Of a stretch of DNA of 32,000 nt, positions 1 to 8,746 are shown one piece after another. The position numbers and the translations under genes are program-made. Source of the DNA: Microcystis aeruginosa NIES-843 (GTDB lineage Bacteria > Cyanobacteriota > Cyanobacteriia > Cyanobacteriales > Microcystaceae); NCBI RefSeq assembly GCF_000010625.1, contig NC_010296.1, forward strand, positions 1,800,001 through 1,832,000, given 5' to 3'. Numbering within the stretch: position 1 is the first letter of the stretch; each line of letters opens with the position of its first letter. The notes below the pieces were generated by a model, which was not told the origin of the DNA, made no database searches, and was given only the letters and a program-made list of their open reading frames with translations.

Positions 1-698
1 AGGCCGCCGATGTCAGAAATCTGCTCTGTGGCGGGATAAAAGTCCAATATCTGGGTTTGACGAATCGATTGGCGTTTTTCTGCCAAAATTAATTCCACGT
101 CCTCTGGCTCAATTTTGCCGTGACTGGCTAAACATTTGGCTAAAACCCGACGAATTCTCTCTAGGGATAATCCTTGGGCAGAAAGCACTAATTCATCGAG
201 GAGTGGTTCTTTGACGGGTTGTCCGGTGGCAGCGATTAATCGCTGGATTTCCTGTTTAATTTCTTCGCCACTGGGGAGGGGAAAATCGACGACGGTGATT
301 ACTTCGGTTAGATCCGAGGGGATAGACAGTTCGGGAGCGACGATAATTAGGTTTTTAGGCTGAGATTTCAGAGAACGGGCCAGATTTCGCAATTTTCTGG
401 CGATGGAAATATCTTCTAAAAAGCGCTGGAAATCGCGTAAAATTATGATGGCGGCGATGTTAGGCGGCAGCTTTTCGACGAATTCAAGAGCTTGGAGGGG
501 ATTACGCCGAGCAAAGTTCTCATTATTGGGATTATCTTGATAACCATCCACGAAATCCCAGACATAGACAGCACGGTTATTGCTCTGTTTGGCAATATCG
601 GCGATCGCTTTTTCGAGACGTTCCTCTTCTAGGGTGGTAATATAGATGAGAGGATAGCGCGCCCGCAGCAGTAATTCAAATTCTTCACCAAAGCTCAT
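1..698 (-). CDS. AAA+ ATPase, Ycf46-like (5' part; gene runs off the window start)
   Basis: Absent from the ORF track because there is no stop in the window. The reverse strand from ATG (complement of 696-698) is open to position 1: MSFGEEFELLLRARYPLIYITTLEEERLEKAIADIAKQSNNRAVYVWDFVDGYQDNP...AEKRQSIRQTQILDFYPATEQISDIGG. I recognise this as the conserved N-terminal region of cyanobacterial/plastid Ycf46-type AAA ATPases. Confidence 0.75.
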   Translation of the reverse strand, partial: MSFGEEFELLLRARYPLIYITTLEEERLEKAIADIAKQSNNRAVYVWDFVDGYQDNPNNENFARRNPLQALEFVEKLPPNIAAIIILRDFQRFLEDISIARKLRNLARSLKSQPKNLIIVAPELSIPSDLTEVITVVDFPLPSGEEIKQEIQRLIAATGQPVKEPLLDELVLSAQGLSLERIRRVLAKCLASHGKIEPEDVELILAEKRQSIRQTQILDFYPATEQISDIGG

Positions 699-727
699 AG
701 CTATTCGTCTATAGTTTTTGCTATTTA

Positions 728-896
728 GGGCTTGCTGAATAAATCTAAAAACCTTGCTGGATAAGACTTTTAGACTTTTTGTCAATCCAAAAGTACCGGA
801 CCTGGGAGTGAGCGGGGGGAAAATTCAGGTACTTTTTCCCTGAAAATGGGTAAAACCCCACACCCTGCCCCCACGAAAAACTTTTTCAGCAAACCC
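728..896. mobile_element. MITE family A copy 1 (TIR GGGCTTGCTGAA...TTCAGCAAACCC)
   Basis: A 169-bp element with terminal inverted repeats, flanked by the direct 6-mer TATTTA (722-727 and 897-902). Related copies lie at 9261-9426, 10499-10705 and 14311-14515. Confidence 0.8.
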
Positions 897-1126
897 TATT
901 TATATCGTCATCAGAAAATATAGCAGTTAGCCGTCTATTAGATATTTTAGTACAAATGCTCGGACTTGTGTTCTAAATGTTCCACAAGTGCTTCGCCATC
1001 GTTCCGCTTATCTTCATGAGACCCCTGTTTAATTCTATTTTTTTACCCTTAAGTATTTCTACTTATTTCTAAAGTTAGATGCTCCCGTATTTTCTTAATG
1101 GTAGAAGCATCTTGCCTTAGTCGGGA

Positions 1127-1161
1127 TTAACCTTCTGTTAACTAAATTAACAGAAGGTTAA
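1127..1161. repeat. Perfect 15-bp inverted repeat with 5-nt spacer (TTAACCTTCTGTTAA ctaaa TTAACAGAAGGTTAA)
   Basis: Read directly from the sequence. It lies in an AT-rich intergenic region about 135 bp upstream of the cupin gene start. Confidence 0.9.
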
Positions 1162-1294
1162 TTAAATTAAGCTTTAGCTAATTAAATTAAATTAGCCTAC
1201 CAGGGGTGACAAAAGTTAGTCACTGGTTCGCCCCTTCTTTGCTGTCAATTAATTTCAGCCTTTCTCACAACCATTCCCTAGGGGGGTTAAATTC

Positions 1295-1828
1295 ATGTTT
1301 AAACTAGCTTCAGACTTTTTATCTTTAGATTTTCTCCGCCAACAAAATCAGAAAAATAAGCCAGAAAGTCAATTTAACTCTTTGCCAATTTCTCAAATCA
1401 CGAAAGAGGGTAAAGTTTTAGCGATAATTCTCCGACGAGAGTTTAACCAAGAGGGGATTCATTTCCTAACTCCCGATGATTTTTCCCAACAGTTGGCCTA
1501 TATGAGACACCCGACGGGAAAAAGTATTATGCCCCACGTTCATAACAAAGTACAACGGGAAGTATTTTTTACCCAGGAAGTCTTAATTATCAAAAGAGGA
1601 AAACTGCGGGTAGATTTCTATGATGACGACCAACAATATCTAGAAAGTCATATATTGAGAGATGGGGATGTGGTTTTGTTGATCCAAGGTGGTCATGGTT
1701 TCCAAGTCTTAGAAGAAGTAGAAATGATTGAAGTAAAACAAGGTCCCTACGTTGGTAATCAGGATAAAACTCGCTTTACAGGAATTGAGGAAACTGTGGT
1801 TAAAATGGCGGGAGCAGAGATAGCATGA
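1295..1828 (+). CDS. Cupin-fold protein, probable sugar-nucleotide modifying enzyme (WxcM/CapF-like); function uncertain
   Basis: 177-aa ORF. It has a cupin-like metal motif region (MPHVHNKVQREVFFTQEVLIIKRGKLRVDFYD...GDVVLLIQGGHGF). A 4-bp ATGA overlap with the downstream DegT gene suggests translational coupling. Confidence 0.6.
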   Translation: MFKLASDFLSLDFLRQQNQKNKPESQFNSLPISQITKEGKVLAIILRREFNQEGIHFLTPDDFSQQLAYMRHPTGKSIMPHVHNKVQREVFFTQEVLIIKRGKLRVDFYDDDQQYLESHILRDGDVVLLIQGGHGFQVLEEVEMIEVKQGPYVGNQDKTRFTGIEETVVKMAGAEIA

Positions 1829-2952
1829 GTAGCTTTATTCCCGTCAATGAGCCACTACTTGCGGGCAAGGAAAAACAGTATCTTAACGAATGTATTGATA
1901 GCGGTTGGATTTCTTCGGAAGGTCCCTTCGTTCAGAAGTTTGAAGAAAATTTTGCCCTCGCTGTTGGGCGAAAGTATGCCGTTTCCGTGTGCAATGGTTC
2001 TATGGCCTTAGAAGCGGCCATCGTCGCTTTAGGAATTGGTTCGGGGGATGAGGTGATTCTCCCCACTTTTACCATCATTTCCTGCGGAGCTGCCATTGTC
2101 AAAGCCGGGGCGATTCCCGTGGTCGTGGACTGCGAAGCGCAGACTTGGAACATGGATATCGGGCAGATAGAGGCAAAAATCACGCCCCGCACTAAAGCGA
2201 TAATGGTGGTTCATATCTACGGATTACCGGTGGCAATGACTCCAGTTTTAGAATTAGCTCAAAAATACGGTTTAAAAATTATTGAAGATGCGGCGGAAAT
2301 GCACGGTCAAACCTATCAAGGTAAACCCTGTGGTAGTTTCGGTGATATCAGTATCTTTAGTTTCTATTCCAACAAACATATTACCACTGGGGAAGGGGGC
2401 ATGATTGTCACCAACCAAGAGGATATTTTTGAGCGTTGTCGTTCCCTGAGAAATTTATATTTTCAGCCCCAACGACGTTTTATTCACGAAGAACTGGGCT
2501 GGAATCTGAGGATGACTAATCTGCAAGCGGCAGTGGGTTTAGCACAATTAGAACAGCTAGAAACTTTTGTCCAGCGCAAGAGAAAAATGGGCAGACGCTA
2601 CAGGGAATTATTGCAAAATATCCCCTGTCTAGAATTGCCTCTACCTCAAACTGATTATGCCGAAAATATTTATTGGGTTTATGGTATTGTTCTCAAAGAT
2701 GAGGTTAACTTTGATGCTATGGAAGCGATGAAACGCCTCAAAGAACATCAGATTGGTACGCGTCCTTTTTTCTGGTGTATGCACGAACAACCGGTATTTC
2801 ACAAAATGGGATTATTGCAAAATGTTTCCTGTCCCGTGGCTGAAAGACTGGCGCGCAGGGGTTTTTATCTGCCTAGCGGTTTAGCTCTCACGGACGAGCA
2901 AATTGAGCGAGTGGCCCAAGCAGTTCAGCAAGTTTTTGCTGAGGCTGAGTAG
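1825..2952 (+). CDS. DegT/DnrJ/EryC1/StrS-family PLP-dependent sugar aminotransferase (ArnB-like)
   Basis: 375-aa ORF with family hallmarks: N-terminal IPVNEPLL..KE..YL.ECIDSGWISS, and the PLP-lysine region FSFYSNKHITTGEGGMIVTN. Confidence 0.9.
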   Translation: MSSFIPVNEPLLAGKEKQYLNECIDSGWISSEGPFVQKFEENFALAVGRKYAVSVCNGSMALEAAIVALGIGSGDEVILPTFTIISCGAAIVKAGAIPVVVDCEAQTWNMDIGQIEAKITPRTKAIMVVHIYGLPVAMTPVLELAQKYGLKIIEDAAEMHGQTYQGKPCGSFGDISIFSFYSNKHITTGEGGMIVTNQEDIFERCRSLRNLYFQPQRRFIHEELGWNLRMTNLQAAVGLAQLEQLETFVQRKRKMGRRYRELLQNIPCLELPLPQTDYAENIYWVYGIVLKDEVNFDAMEAMKRLKEHQIGTRPFFWCMHEQPVFHKMGLLQNVSCPVAERLARRGFYLPSGLALTDEQIERVAQAVQQVFAEAE

Positions 2953-2996
2953 GGATGAAAAATTGATGAAAATTTTTTGAATAAAAACCGACTTTT

Positions 2997-5621
2997 ATGA
3001 TAATTGGCACGGAATTTTTATCTTGGGTAGTAATTGCCTCTGGTTGCTTTTATTCCCTATATCTATGTATTTCAGTTCCCAAGGATGTTTTTTTTAATGG
3101 CGATGGGGCGCTGAAAGCTTTACTAGCTCGTCAGCTAAGTAATGGTCCATGGCGATTTGACTTAGTTGAGCGCGCAGAAGCTTGGGTTACTCGTCTTTGG
3201 CAAGAGGGTTTATACAGTTATCGCCCCCCTTTTGTTTACTACTTAAATCAACGTTATTATATCTCCTTTCCTTTTTCATTCTCTTTGCTAACTTCCCTTT
3301 TTTATAAACTTTGGGGTTATCGTGGGTTTTACTTGATTCCCCTCCTATCAATTTGGGTATTGTGGCTCAGTTTTTCAAGAGCAATTCCCGCTTTTTCCCT
3401 AGACAGTTGGGGGAGTCTTTTGGGATTAGTTATTTTGATTTTTGCTTCGCCCTTAACTCTATACAGTGCCATATATTGTGAACATACCCTCGCTGTTACT
3501 TTAGGATTTTTGGGAATTGTTATCGCTTTTTTTCTACCCGATACAGCTAATAGTGGCTGGCTGCCCAATTTATTAGGCGGATTTCTAGTGGGTTTATCAG
3601 TATGGTTCCGCTCCGAATGTCTGGCCCTAGTGGCAACTTTAACTTTATTAGTTTTCTTGGGTTTAACTCCAGAACAAACCTCAATTTTTGCTTGGTATTC
3701 AACCGAGCAAAATCTTAATGTTTCTGATTTTCTGCTAACTAATCGAATAGCTTTTAGTTTTGTACTAGGTATGATTGTTAGTGTGTTTTTACTGTGGTTG
3801 TGCAATAAGTTAATTTATAATCGTTTTCTAGGAGTTCACGCTCTGTTAGTCCTTGAGGAGTTTTCTTGGAAAAAACGTATTCAAGAAGCCCTGACCAGTT
3901 TTTATCAGTTGAATAGCTCTTTTTTGCTGCATTTTCCTATCTGTATAATTCCCTTAGCTTACTTGCTCACTTGGAGCGGTCAACAATTGAATTTTGCCAG
4001 GGATATTCCCGTAACTTTAATTAGTATAATGGCGATTATCATCTTGGCTGTTCTCGTCAATCTTCGCTGGCAAGGAATGGTCAAAACCAAGGCGTTAGTC
4101 AAGGACAATATAATTTACTTGCTGATACTTTTAGCCAGTTGTTATCTATTTGACATCGCCAATATATCTCTAGATAAACAAATGCTTTTTGTCTATGATC
4201 TCTATTTTATCTACACAGTAGGGGTGTCTTGTTTAGTCGATATTGCCCCGGGAGAAGTCATGGTGGGAGGTAAACAATGGGGACCGAGATATTTATTGCC
4301 TCTTATCCCCTTTGTTACCTTATTAACGGTGGAACAAGTAAAAATTGTCGGAGCGAACCAAGAAGTTTTACTAGCCAAGGGAAGCTGGGTTTTACTGTTA
4401 ATCTTACTGGCAATAGCTGTCTATAAAAACATTTATCAAGGTGGAGAATTTTTCTATAAAACCCATCAGGGGATAGCACCAGCTATCAAAAGCATAGAAG
4501 AGAATCCTAATTCTATTGTTGTCTTTTCTCATCAATATGCGGCACAAGTTTTGGGTTTTGGTTTGGAGAAACAAAAAACTTTCTTCCGTGTAGAAGATAG
4601 TCAAGCCATGGTTAAACTATGCCAAGAATTAGTCGGTCAAGGATTGTCTAGTTTTCCCTACGTTTGCTATCCCTATCGCCCTTGTCAACTCTTAGAATCC
4701 CCACCGGAAGAACTGGAATTTAGCCAAGATGGACAAAAGTTTCAAATTGGCATAAATCGCTCTGGAATCATTGGTAAGTATCCTTTCTATGAAATAGTTA
4801 TATCTGCTTCTGAGACAGGTTTACTATCCAAAAAATCCGAGGATAAGCCCACAATTACCCCAGCAGCTAATGATTTAGTCTGTACGATTTTACCCACTTA
4901 TAACGAGCGAGATAATATTAGTCAATTAATTGAACGTTTACTAGCTAGTGTTCCTAGTCCTTATTTAGTGCTAGTGGTGGATGATAATTCTCCCGATGAA
5001 ACTTGGCAGATAGTAGAAGATTTAGCCAAACAATATCCCACTCCTCCCCAAGATTCGCAATTCCAATCGGGGGTAATTTTGTGTCGCAGAATCAACGAGA
5101 AAGGGTTAACTTCGGCTCTACAGAGAGGTATTGACGATGCGATTAATCTGTATGGGGCTAAAATTATTACTTGGATGGATTGTGATTTATCTATGCCTCC
5201 AGAAGCTCTGCCACAATTAATCACACCGATTCGAACTAAAAAAGCTGATATGGTTGTAGGTTCTCGTTGGATTCCGGGGGGTGATGATGTTGCCCACGGA
5301 CTGATGGCCCGGATGTTAAGCTGGATTATTAATCGCATGGCCATCGTGATGCTAGGCAATCAAGTTCACGACTATACCAGTGGTTTTATTGCCGTTCGTT
5401 CTCAGGTTTTAGAAAAAATTCGCTTAAAGGGAGATTATGGAGAATACTGCATTGATTTATTAACCCGTGCCAATCGTTTAGGTTATAAGTTAGTGGAAGT
5501 TCCTTATCTTTGCGTTCCCCGCATTTATGGTGAGAGTAAAACTGGAATTAATCTCTGGGATTATTTGTCAAAAGGACGGAAATATGTGGCAACTATTTGG
5601 CAATTGTGGCAAGAAAGATAA
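2997..5621 (+). CDS. Fusion protein: N-terminal polytopic GT-C (ArnT/PMT-like) membrane glycosyltransferase plus C-terminal GT2 polyprenyl-phosphate sugar synthase (ArnC/DPM1-like)
   Basis: 874-aa ORF. The first ~600 aa contain many hydrophobic segments, a first-loop FFNGDG and YSYRPPFVYYL (ArnT/PMT-like). The last ~250 aa carry GT2 signatures: ILPTYNERDNI, LVVDDNSPDET, WMDCDLSMPPE, VVGSRW. Confidence 0.75.
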   Translation: MIIGTEFLSWVVIASGCFYSLYLCISVPKDVFFNGDGALKALLARQLSNGPWRFDLVERAEAWVTRLWQEGLYSYRPPFVYYLNQRYYISFPFSFSLLTSLFYKLWGYRGFYLIPLLSIWVLWLSFSRAIPAFSLDSWGSLLGLVILIFASPLTLYSAIYCEHTLAVTLGFLGIVIAFFLPDTANSGWLPNLLGGFLVGLSVWFRSECLALVATLTLLVFLGLTPEQTSIFAWYSTEQNLNVSDFLLTNRIAFSFVLGMIVSVFLLWLCNKLIYNRFLGVHALLVLEEFSWKKRIQEALTSFYQLNSSFLLHFPICIIPLAYLLTWSGQQLNFARDIPVTLISIMAIIILAVLVNLRWQGMVKTKALVKDNIIYLLILLASCYLFDIANISLDKQMLFVYDLYFIYTVGVSCLVDIAPGEVMVGGKQWGPRYLLPLIPFVTLLTVEQVKIVGANQEVLLAKGSWVLLLILLAIAVYKNIYQGGEFFYKTHQGIAPAIKSIEENPNSIVVFSHQYAAQVLGFGLEKQKTFFRVEDSQAMVKLCQELVGQGLSSFPYVCYPYRPCQLLESPPEELEFSQDGQKFQIGINRSGIIGKYPFYEIVISASETGLLSKKSEDKPTITPAANDLVCTILPTYNERDNISQLIERLLASVPSPYLVLVVDDNSPDETWQIVEDLAKQYPTPPQDSQFQSGVILCRRINEKGLTSALQRGIDDAINLYGAKIITWMDCDLSMPPEALPQLITPIRTKKADMVVGSRWIPGGDDVAHGLMARMLSWIINRMAIVMLGNQVHDYTSGFIAVRSQVLEKIRLKGDYGEYCIDLLTRANRLGYKLVEVPYLCVPRIYGESKTGINLWDYLSKGRKYVATIWQLWQER

Positions 5622-5684
5622 GACAATTATCTCTTTTTTGAACTAGAACTATCCTCTGGTTCTTCAACTCTAGAAGCTAAACTT

Positions 5685-6665
5685 ATGAAGAAAATGTTTA
5701 CTTTTTGGCCTTGGTTAGCTACCGTTGGGGTGGCCTGGTCTTTGGGTTTTTTTTATAACGTATACTACGGGGGTGAATTAAAGTGGCTCCTACAAATGTA
5801 CGAACAAAAAGTATCTTTTGCCAAGCAGATAGATGCACCGAGACGAATAATTTTTGCGGGGGGGTCGGGAGTACAATATAGTATTAACTCTCAATTCCTC
5901 GAACAGGAGCTAAAAATCCCAGTTTTTAACTTTGGTTTACAGGGAGATTTGGGATTAAATGTCATTTGCCCAATTATTTTAGAACAGGTACGTCCGGGGG
6001 ATATAGTGGTTCTCATTCCTGAATATTTGATGTTACTGGATGATGATGGTATTGGTTATGGTGATGGTTTATTTGGTTCGGTTCCCTTTAGTGTTGCCAT
6101 TGGAAAACCGGGTTTAGGAAATATACCCTTAGAACAATTAGTTTCCGAGACTTGGTTAATGGGAGTTCCTAGTTTACGCGCTATAGTAAAAACTGCTGTT
6201 GATGTTATACAAACAGGAAAAGCTAGGGGTTATTTATCAGATCCAATCACAGAAAAAGGAGATCCTACCGTAGTCAAACATCGTACAGGTAAATGGTGGG
6301 CTAGAACATTCGATCAACCTATTTCTCAATACTCCCTCAAACGCATCGCTCAATTTCAAGAGGAGTTAAAAGCTAAAGGTGCTTATTTAGTAGTTTCTCT
6401 CTCTTGGGTTTATGCTAAGACCGATGAAACCACTGTAAAAAATGTTAAAAAAACTATTGAAGAATTGTCTAATATAGTGCCTTTAATCTACAATCCAAAA
6501 ACTCTTAATCTGCAAACAGATTCTAGTTTATTTGCCGATACCCATGAGCATTTATTACCGGAAGCAAGAATAAGACGCTCTAGGGAACTGGTGCAACAAC
6601 TGCGTCCTATAATTCAGGGAAAAACTACTCAAAATCATCGAATTATTTCTATTCTCAATCGATAA
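5685..6665 (+). CDS. Hypothetical membrane-anchored protein (possible SGNH/DltD-like accessory protein; weak)
   Basis: 326-aa ORF with an N-terminal hydrophobic anchor (FWPWLATVGVAWSLGFF). It is on the same strand as, and directly downstream of, the glycosyltransferase fusion. RRIIFAGGSGVQYSINS...VFNFGLQG is only loosely reminiscent of DltD/SGNH-type proteins. Confidence 0.55.
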   Translation: MKKMFTFWPWLATVGVAWSLGFFYNVYYGGELKWLLQMYEQKVSFAKQIDAPRRIIFAGGSGVQYSINSQFLEQELKIPVFNFGLQGDLGLNVICPIILEQVRPGDIVVLIPEYLMLLDDDGIGYGDGLFGSVPFSVAIGKPGLGNIPLEQLVSETWLMGVPSLRAIVKTAVDVIQTGKARGYLSDPITEKGDPTVVKHRTGKWWARTFDQPISQYSLKRIAQFQEELKAKGAYLVVSLSWVYAKTDETTVKNVKKTIEELSNIVPLIYNPKTLNLQTDSSLFADTHEHLLPEARIRRSRELVQQLRPIIQGKTTQNHRIISILNR

Positions 6666-6796
6666 TTGAAAATTAGATAAAACTTTTGTACTAGCAGTAA
6701 TTTGGGATGGAGATAGCAGGGAATTGATTTAACCGGCAAAATTACCGTAAATTTCCCTGAATTTATTCAATTTTATTTTTTGGAATTGTTCTTCCT

Positions 6797-7265
6797 TCAA
6801 TAAAGGTTCTTTTCCTCTCGGATGTTCCTGACTCTTTTTCTTGAGATTTTAACTCCTTCTTTTCCTAATTCGTTAAAGCTTTTGATAATTTGGGTTCTTC
6901 GGTTTGTGTTATGCAATGGACGGGAGTTATAAGGGGTGAAACCCTTATATAGAAAGACATTGCTTCGATTTTTGCCAATTGTTTTCAATCTAGAACGAGC
7001 TAATCAATTAAGTCTTTTGCCAGATAAGGATTTAGCCGATTTTTGCCCCCTGATCGAACCATACCAAGTAACGAAGAACCATAATTTTAAAACTATATTG
7101 ATGATCTAATCCGAGAGCTACTGCCGCATTTTTGATTGTCGATCCTCAAGATATTTTACCTAACCAGTGCCATCTTCTTGTTGCCACTGAGTCTTGACTG
7201 GTTCTGTATTTATCTTTCGGTTCCTCTGAACTTAGATGTTCGGATAAGTACGCTTTTTTGGGCAT
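6797..7265 (-). pseudogene. IS630-family transposase N-terminal remnant, interrupted by MITE-B
   Basis: The reverse strand from ATG (complement 7263-7265) reads MPKKAYLSEHLSSEEPKDKYRTSQDSVATRRWHWLGKIS*GSTIKNAAVALGLDHQYSFKI. After the MITE it continues KIIKSFNELGKEGVKISRKRVRNIREEKNLY*. This is an HTH-type transposase N-terminus with an in-frame stop, and the DDE domain is missing. Confidence 0.65.
6893..7080. mobile_element. MITE family B copy 1 (TIR GGTTCTTCGG...CGAAGAACC)
   Basis: About 188 bp. The flanks ATAATTTG and ATAATTTT form an 8-bp duplication with one mismatch. It is clearly homologous by eye to 31515-31701. Confidence 0.8.
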
Positions 7266-7545
7266 TTTATCTCCTCGTCCTTACTCTTCTTATGATACTA
7301 AATCCGGTTATTAAAGACTGATTATTTATTCCTCCTGTTGCCTCTTGCCTTTTGCCTTTTGCCTGTCCTAATAAGTAGCCTATACTCAACGGATTTAGTA
7401 TGATAACAGGATTTGCTATTACCCCTCGCTCAAATTTGTGCTACTATGGAAGGTAATATCGAGGATTTAATTTCTTGGCCTCCTAGTGCTAATCATTGGG
7501 TAAAACCCTTATAATTACTAGAATATGAAGATAAGCTGAACGATT

Positions 7546-7727
7546 GGGAGCATCTCACTTACGCGATAAGTAATTATACTTAGCCTAAAAGCCACTCTTA
7601 ATCGTGTCTTGGAACGAAATAGAGGCTTTTAAAGACTGCGTACATGGAGAATTAAAACAAGAATTACCCTCGAAAAGCCTATTTTTCCACTAAGTATTTA
7701 TGCTCATTGCAAAGGTGAGATGCTCCC
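7546..7727. mobile_element. MITE family C copy 1 (TIR GGGAGCATCTCAC...GTGAGATGCTCCC)
   Basis: A 182-bp element flanked by an 8-bp direct repeat GAACGATT (7538-7545 and 7728-7735). An inverted, near-identical 182-bp copy lies at 26429-26610. Confidence 0.9.
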
Positions 7728-7756
7728 GAACGATTCCCCGTTTGCAATTATTATCT

Positions 7757-8713
7757 ATGAATAATGTTATTGACCATGATCGTTTATTTAAGGAATTAAT
7801 TGCGACTTTTTTTGTTGAATTTATTCAGTTGTTTTTTTCTGAGATTATTAATTATTTAGAGCCTAATCAGATCACATTTTTAGACAAAGAAGTCTTTACC
7901 GATGTCACGGAAGGAGAAAAGTATGAAAGTGATTTAGTCGCCCAAGTGCAATTTCGAGGACAATCATCATTTTTCTTAATTCATCTAGAAGCACAGTCTA
8001 GCTCTCAACCGGAATTTAATCGGCGAATGTTTACTTATTTCGCTCGTCTGCATCAAAAATTTGCCTTACCAGTTTATCCGATTGTCATATTCTCCTATGA
8101 GCGTCCGCAAAAAGAAGCAATTCGTCAATACAAAATTGAGTTTCCTGACTTAAAAGTATTAGAATTTAACTATCAAGTTGTCCAGTTAAATCGCTTGCAT
8201 TGGCGAGATTTTCTCAATCAAGCTAATCCCGTCGCCGCCGCTTTGATGGCCAAGATGAAAATTGCCCCTCGGGATAGAGCAAAAGTTAAGGCACAATGTC
8301 TAAGATTATTGGTAACATTAAGATTAGATGCTGCTAGAATGCAATTGATTTCAGGCTTTGTCGATACCTATCTCAATCTCAACTCGTCCGAGGAGATAGA
8401 ATTTCAACAGGAGATTAGCACATTTATTCAACCCGAACAGGAGGGAGTTATGCAGATTACCACCAGTTGGATGCGCCGCGGTTTAGAACAGGGTTTAGAA
8501 CAGGGTTTAGAACAGGGTTTAGAACAGGGTTTAGCAAGAGAAAGAAATCTAATTGTTCGTCTGATTAAACGTAAGTTAGGAGATATTGATGTGGATATAG
8601 AGAGTCGGATTATGACCTTGAATATTGATGATCTGGAACGAGTGGGGGAAGCTTTATTAGATTTTTCGACATGGGAGGATTTAACTAATTGGTTAAATGC
8701 TTTAGATGCTTAG
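7757..8713 (+). CDS. Rpn-family recombination-promoting nuclease/putative transposase-like protein with DUF4351-type C-terminus
   Basis: The track ORF starts at 7700 inside MITE-C (MLIAKVRCS...), so the likely true start is M20 (MNNVIDHDRLFKELIATFFVEFIQLFF). FLIHLEAQS, FNRRMFTYFARLH and LPVYPIVIF match the large cyanobacterial Rpn/YhgA-like family as I recall it. Confidence 0.8.
   Translation: MNNVIDHDRLFKELIATFFVEFIQLFFSEIINYLEPNQITFLDKEVFTDVTEGEKYESDLVAQVQFRGQSSFFLIHLEAQSSSQPEFNRRMFTYFARLHQKFALPVYPIVIFSYERPQKEAIRQYKIEFPDLKVLEFNYQVVQLNRLHWRDFLNQANPVAAALMAKMKIAPRDRAKVKAQCLRLLVTLRLDAARMQLISGFVDTYLNLNSSEEIEFQQEISTFIQPEQEGVMQITTSWMRRGLEQGLEQGLEQGLEQGLARERNLIVRLIKRKLGDIDVDIESRIMTLNIDDLERVGEALLDFSTWEDLTNWLNALDA
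8480..8534 (+). repeat. 12-bp tandem repeat GGTTTAGAACAG x4 plus a partial unit, encoding (GLEQ)n
   Basis: Read directly. The units are 8480-8491, 8492-8503, 8504-8515 and 8516-8527, then a diverged partial unit. It lies in frame inside the Rpn-like CDS. Confidence 0.95.
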
Positions 8714-8746
8714 TGTTTTTCTCTTAAACTTCACAGAAGGCTATTT

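Noticed and set aside
136-363. 75-aa + strand ORF
   Set aside because: It lies antisense inside the long uninterrupted minus-strand Ycf46-like reading frame and has no motif support.
1078-1090. AGATGCTCCCGTA resembling a solo MITE-C terminus, with a flank similar to the vapC insertion site
   Set aside because: Only about 13 nt match and there is no second terminus, so this may be chance or an eroded relic. It is not reported as a feature.
1932-5359. Minus-strand ORFs 1932..2192, 2029..2214, 3329..3805, 4404..4604, 4961..5359
   Set aside because: All are antisense within the well-supported DegT and GT-C/GT2 genes. They have a biased composition typical of shadow ORFs.
7136-7321. 61-aa + strand ORF
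   Set aside because: It is antisense to the recognisable transposase remnant (MPKKAYLSEH...). The hydrophobic translation is a shadow-frame artefact.
7700-7756. N-terminal extension MLIAKVRCSRTIPRLQLLS of the Rpn-like ORF
   Set aside because: It is encoded by the MITE-C terminus and its TSD. The same peptide heads the unrelated ORF 26259..26456, and the conserved family N-terminus starts at M20.
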